A stretch of DNA of 5,437 nt, taken from the IMG/VR virus record IMGVR_UViG_3300045988_000371, positions 1 to 5,437 of that record; one strand, written 5' to 3'. Made by a program: the position numbers and the translations under genes. Numbering within the stretch: position 1 is the stretch's first letter; each line of letters starts with the position of its first letter. This stretch comes from a virus. The notes beneath the pieces are model-generated. The model did not search any database. It worked only from the letters and a program-made list of their open reading frames with translations, and was not told the origin of the DNA. Positions 4,288-5,437 of the stretch are shown piece by piece.

Positions 4288-4335
4288 AAATAAACAGTGG
4301 GCCTAATCCTCTTCTTGATAGGATTAGGCCCACTG
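4288..4335 (-). terminator. Strong rho-independent terminator immediately after VP4
   Basis: The minus strand reads CAGTGGGCCTAATCC-(11-nt loop)-GGATTAGGCCCACTG followed by TTTATTT. This is a 15-bp perfect stem (4295-4309 pairing with 4321-4335). It begins 3 nt after the VP4 stop codon (TAG, 4341-4339). Confidence 0.8.
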
Positions 4336-4338
4336 ACA

Positions 4339-5361
4339 CTATAATAGCCCTCTGGCTTTTCTAAACCTCTGCCGTTTTGTCTCTTCTTCTACCTTTGCTT
4401 CCTGTTCGATGGTCAGCCCTGTATTGCTCATTTTGAGTTTTAGTGCATTGATTGCCCTCTCTTGTCTCTTGCGCTTTGTCTCCCATAGCTTTTTTGGCTG
4501 CTCACTCTCATACTTTTTATCAAAGTACCTCGGTATCGGCCTTTTTTTACCGTTGAAGTATAGCCCATCATCTGCGTACATCTGTTCTTTATGGCTCGTG
4601 TAGTAGTCATAGCCTAGACCCGGATTTCTTGACATACAACAGTATGGCGGTGTTAAACCTAACTCCCTATACCTTTTGTTGTCGTTTCCGTATGTCTTTT
4701 TGGTTACATACCCTGCTACATAAGCCATCGTTTCCGGTGATGCTTCTGCGATGATGACGTTGCCCATGCCCCATATCTTGTTTATCTCTTCGCTTTCGAA
4801 GTACGGATTATCACCCCTTTTTTTCTTTAGGTCTGGTATCTCCAAACCATAATAAATGCCGTGATGATGTGGTCTTCCCGTGTTTTCGCCGTATTCTCCG
4901 CAGTAAAAATATCTCAGGTCTAAGCCCCATTTATCGGACGTTTCTTGTTTTTTCCTCAGCCTTTTGTTAAAACGTACCATGTCCTCTTGTAGGAGAATTT
5001 GCACAACTTCCGGTGCGTCTCCGGTCGTCCACTGATGCACTGCACCTCTTATGATTTCGCCTGTTTCTCTTACCATGCCTGGCACATACTCTTGATTCCA
5101 TGTCAGCGTCAAAAACCATACTGGCGTCAGTGTTTTTGACTCCATTAGCATTCTTGTCTCCCAGTCTTGCCGTTGTCTGAGTCTGCACCCGAGACATTTG
5201 CCACATGGCAGCAGCATCACGTCTGTGCGGTACGCGAGACTCTCATATGTTGCTGTTGGATTGTGTGCTCTTTCGCGGTATGTTTCCAGAGTCATGATTG
5301 ACCCTGTTATGTTGTGGTCATTTGGATTGTATACTCTGATGAGTGGTCTTGCGCAGCTCAC
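4339..5361 (-). CDS. VP4: Rolling-circle replication initiation protein VP4 (HUH-type; phiX174 A-protein family), 340 aa, GTG start
   Basis: The motifs are all present: N-terminal xSCxxPL, LPCGKCLGCR, FLTLTW (motif I, 5098-5115), FNKRLRK, RYFYCGEYGENTGRPHHHGIYY (histidine motif, HHH at 4861-4869), MAYVAGYVTKK (two-tyrosine motif Y-x-x-x-Y, 4696-4722) and CMSRNPGLG. The GTG at 5361-5359 is preceded by AAGGAGG (5377-5371) at 9-nt spacing and overlaps the VP2 TGA. Confidence 0.93.
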   Translation of the reverse strand: MSCARPLIRVYNPNDHNITGSIMTLETYRERAHNPTATYESLAYRTDVMLLPCGKCLGCRLRQRQDWETRMLMESKTLTPVWFLTLTWNQEYVPGMVRETGEIIRGAVHQWTTGDAPEVVQILLQEDMVRFNKRLRKKQETSDKWGLDLRYFYCGEYGENTGRPHHHGIYYGLEIPDLKKKRGDNPYFESEEINKIWGMGNVIIAEASPETMAYVAGYVTKKTYGNDNKRYRELGLTPPYCCMSRNPGLGYDYYTSHKEQMYADDGLYFNGKKRPIPRYFDKKYESEQPKKLWETKRKRQERAINALKLKMSNTGLTIEQEAKVEEETKRQRFRKARGLL

Positions 5362-5437
5362 TTAAATTTGCCTCCTTTGCTGCCGCCGAAGCCTTCTTTG
5401 TCTTTTTTGCCGCTTCCGGCTGCTGTGCTTTTGCCGC
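5358..5437 (-). CDS. VP2: VP2 C-terminal end (5383-5437 duplicates 1-55; the unique part is 5358-5382, ending in TGA at 5360-5358)
   Basis: The VP2 frame continues across the junction (5382 is divisible by 3) as ...GKKDKEGFGGSKGGKFK followed by stop. The full protein is join(791..1,5382..5358), 271 aa. The tail is Gly/Ser/Lys-rich and basic. Confidence 0.85.
   Translation of the reverse strand, partial: GKSTAAGSGKKDKEGFGGSKGGKFK
5383..5437. repeat. Terminal direct repeat, copy 2 (circular-contig overlap)
   Basis: Identical to 1-55. The 55-nt length is typical of a k-mer overlap left by an assembler on a circular molecule. Confidence 0.95.

Larger units (their letters stand above)
1..5382 (-). 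other. One complete unit of a circular Microviridae (gokushovirus-like) ssDNA phage genome; all genes co-oriented on the minus strand
   Basis: The exact 55-nt duplication of 1-55 at 5383-5437 closes the circle at 5382 nt. The full microvirus core set is present (VP1 capsid, VP2 pilot, VP3 scaffold, VP4 initiator), along with one consensus promoter and one strong terminator, all in the same orientation. Confidence 0.9.

Noticed and set aside
4236-4294. A dif-like XerC/XerD recombination site (some gokushoviruses integrate at dif) around the TATATA core at 4272-4281 and the ATTTTAACAC at 4236-4245
   Set aside because: By eye, neither flank aligns acceptably with the XerC or XerD arms of the E. 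coli or B. subtilis dif sequences I remember. No integrase or host flank is present. A profile search could revisit this.
222-4603. All plus-strand track ORFs (222-488, 664-999, 978-1166, 1012-1572, 1620-1805, 2339-2566, 2493-2984, 2801-3019, 2857-3450, 3156-3365, 3402-3617, 3581-3823, 3830-4192, 4014-4217, 4409-4603)
   Set aside because: They lie antisense to well-supported minus-strand genes or within the noncoding spacer. Their compositions are Cys/Leu/Phe/Arg-rich, as expected when reading the complement of an A-rich coding strand. None has a convincing SD or promoter, and microvirus genomes are transcribed from one strand only.

Overview
The window is one complete, circularly permuted genome of a small ssDNA phage of the family Microviridae. 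Its VP1, VP2, VP3 and VP4 set looks gokushovirus-like, but I cannot fix the subfamily without a database search. Positions 1-55 are repeated exactly at 5383-5437, so the unit genome is 5382 nt and the linear ends are an assembly or permutation artefact. Every supportable gene lies on the minus strand. By Microviridae convention the minus strand should therefore also be the packaged strand. Following transcription (decreasing coordinates), the layout starts with a textbook sigma70-type promoter at 3942-3914. It is followed by a tightly overlapping cassette of six very small ORFs of 61, 28, 68, 42, 39 and 80 aa. Three of these (28, 42 and 39 aa) are below the ORF-track cutoff and I found them by hand translation. 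Next come scaffold VP3 (true start 2942, not 3161) and major capsid VP1 (GTG start), then a GC-rich hairpin with a T-run. VP2 (pilot/minor capsid, 271 aa) follows; it crosses the window origin and is absent from the ORF track. The replication initiator VP4 (GTG start) comes next, then a 15-bp perfect hairpin terminator at 4335-4295. The roughly 345-nt spacer between terminator and promoter (4287-3943) appears untranscribed and is the most unusual part. It holds an array of TTCAACA-type iterons, including three tandem 9-mers, interleaved with one perfect and two near-consensus DnaA boxes, an inverted repeat, and a GC-rich patch of palindromes. Other points worth a second look are a candidate 28-aa membrane peptide, a 39-aa highly basic overprinted ORF, GTGA stop-start overlaps for VP1 and VP4, and a sharp GC-content boundary at the VP2/VP4 junction that suggests module exchange. 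No rRNA, tRNA, CRISPR, transposase or integrase is visible. All plus-strand ORFs look like antisense artefacts.
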